From the human T2T-CHM13v2.0 reference genome, Homo sapiens, in assembly GCF_009914755.1 (NCBI RefSeq), contig NC_060934.1: a DNA stretch of 64,000 bases, one strand, 5' to 3'. Shown one piece after another: positions 63,206 to 64,000 of the stretch. The translations under genes and the position numbers were made by a program. Under the pieces are notes generated by a model. The model did no database searches and was not told where the DNA came from. It saw only the letters and a list, made by a program, of their open reading frames with translations. How positions within the stretch are numbered: the first letter of the stretch is position 1; each line of letters opens with the position of its first letter.

Positions 63206-64000
63206 TATAGAGTTTGTCTTTCCCTTTCTTCCTTGAAACTCCTTTAGATTTCAGATTTGAGATGACTACTTCCTGACCAGATTGAATAATTATTTACATA
63301 TTAGAGTTTTGAGACAACATTGAGGCAGGCTGTCCTCTTAGCTAGACTATACTTTAGTTCTTGAACTTTGTTCTGGCATTGATGACATCTGCAGTTGTTT
63401 GAAAACTAATTGAATCTGGTAAAAGTCCCTGTGCATGTGGGGGTCTGTCTTCCCCTGCCGAAAAGAACTACGCGAGCTTGTTCTATCTTCCCTTCTGTGC
63501 CCTGTTTCAAGTTCACCAGCAACAGTGTCTGCTTCTCTATAATCACGGTACCGTCTTCCTCCAGGCTCTGTGCATTTCAGGCAGAGGGAACCTACCTGCT
63601 TCAGTCTCACTTTCCTTCATTGTCTTCTCTTCATTGCCTGCTGGTCTATTCCTAACTTAGAAACTAAGATGAACATTCTCCTTAGATGCTTGCATTGGCC
63701 ATTTTCTGCACTTCCATATCAATACTCAAATCGTTTGCTCTAAATCTCTACCTTAGTTCTTACATCTCACCTCTCCTCTCTTCTGATTGTCCAGCGAACC
63801 CATACATTGGGTGATTTCTTCCTTGTAATGGTTCTTGTACTTCTAGAGCTCCAGAAAGAGCCCTCTCTCCTTCTCTCCCCTTACAGTCTTTCAAAAGACT
63901 CTCCCATCCCATAAGGGAGACCCAAAGAAGACATTGGGTCCTGTCTCCTATCTTCAACCTCTCCATGTCTCTTCACAAACCACAGGGCATGACAAATTAT

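Overview
Primate, almost certainly human, genomic DNA: Alu-, L1- and MaLR-rich, with a human-lineage AluYb-type insertion. It is centred on the single-exon Wnt receptor gene FZD8 (minus strand, CDS 19499-21583, 694 aa), which sits in a roughly 4.4 kb CpG island. FZD8 has a TATA/CCAAT/GC-box promoter near 22470-22545 and a poly(A) signal at 18785-18790, and the annotated MIR4683 hairpin lies inside its CDS. The rest is intergenic: about 35 Alus, L1, L2, MIR, MST/MLT1/LTR16 LTRs and DNA-transposon fossils, with a nearly transposon-free zone of about 10.7 kb around the gene. I found no second credible protein-coding gene; the other long ORFs come from repeats or GC bias. The most notable observations are: (1) two equal-length, similar 12-codon uORFs in the long FZD8 5' leader; (2) a 2.7 kb hierarchically structured (CAC/CAT)n / (TGG)n repeat, apparently grown from a MIR tail, about 25 kb upstream of the promoter and open in several frames; (3) a PBX/MEIS/SOX/GATA/TCF motif cluster and a CTCF site 3' of the gene; (4) a twin-primed L1 carrying a young AluYb insertion. 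I cannot demonstrate a wholly new system from sequence alone. Repeat subfamily names and boundaries come from recall of consensus sequences and are approximate.
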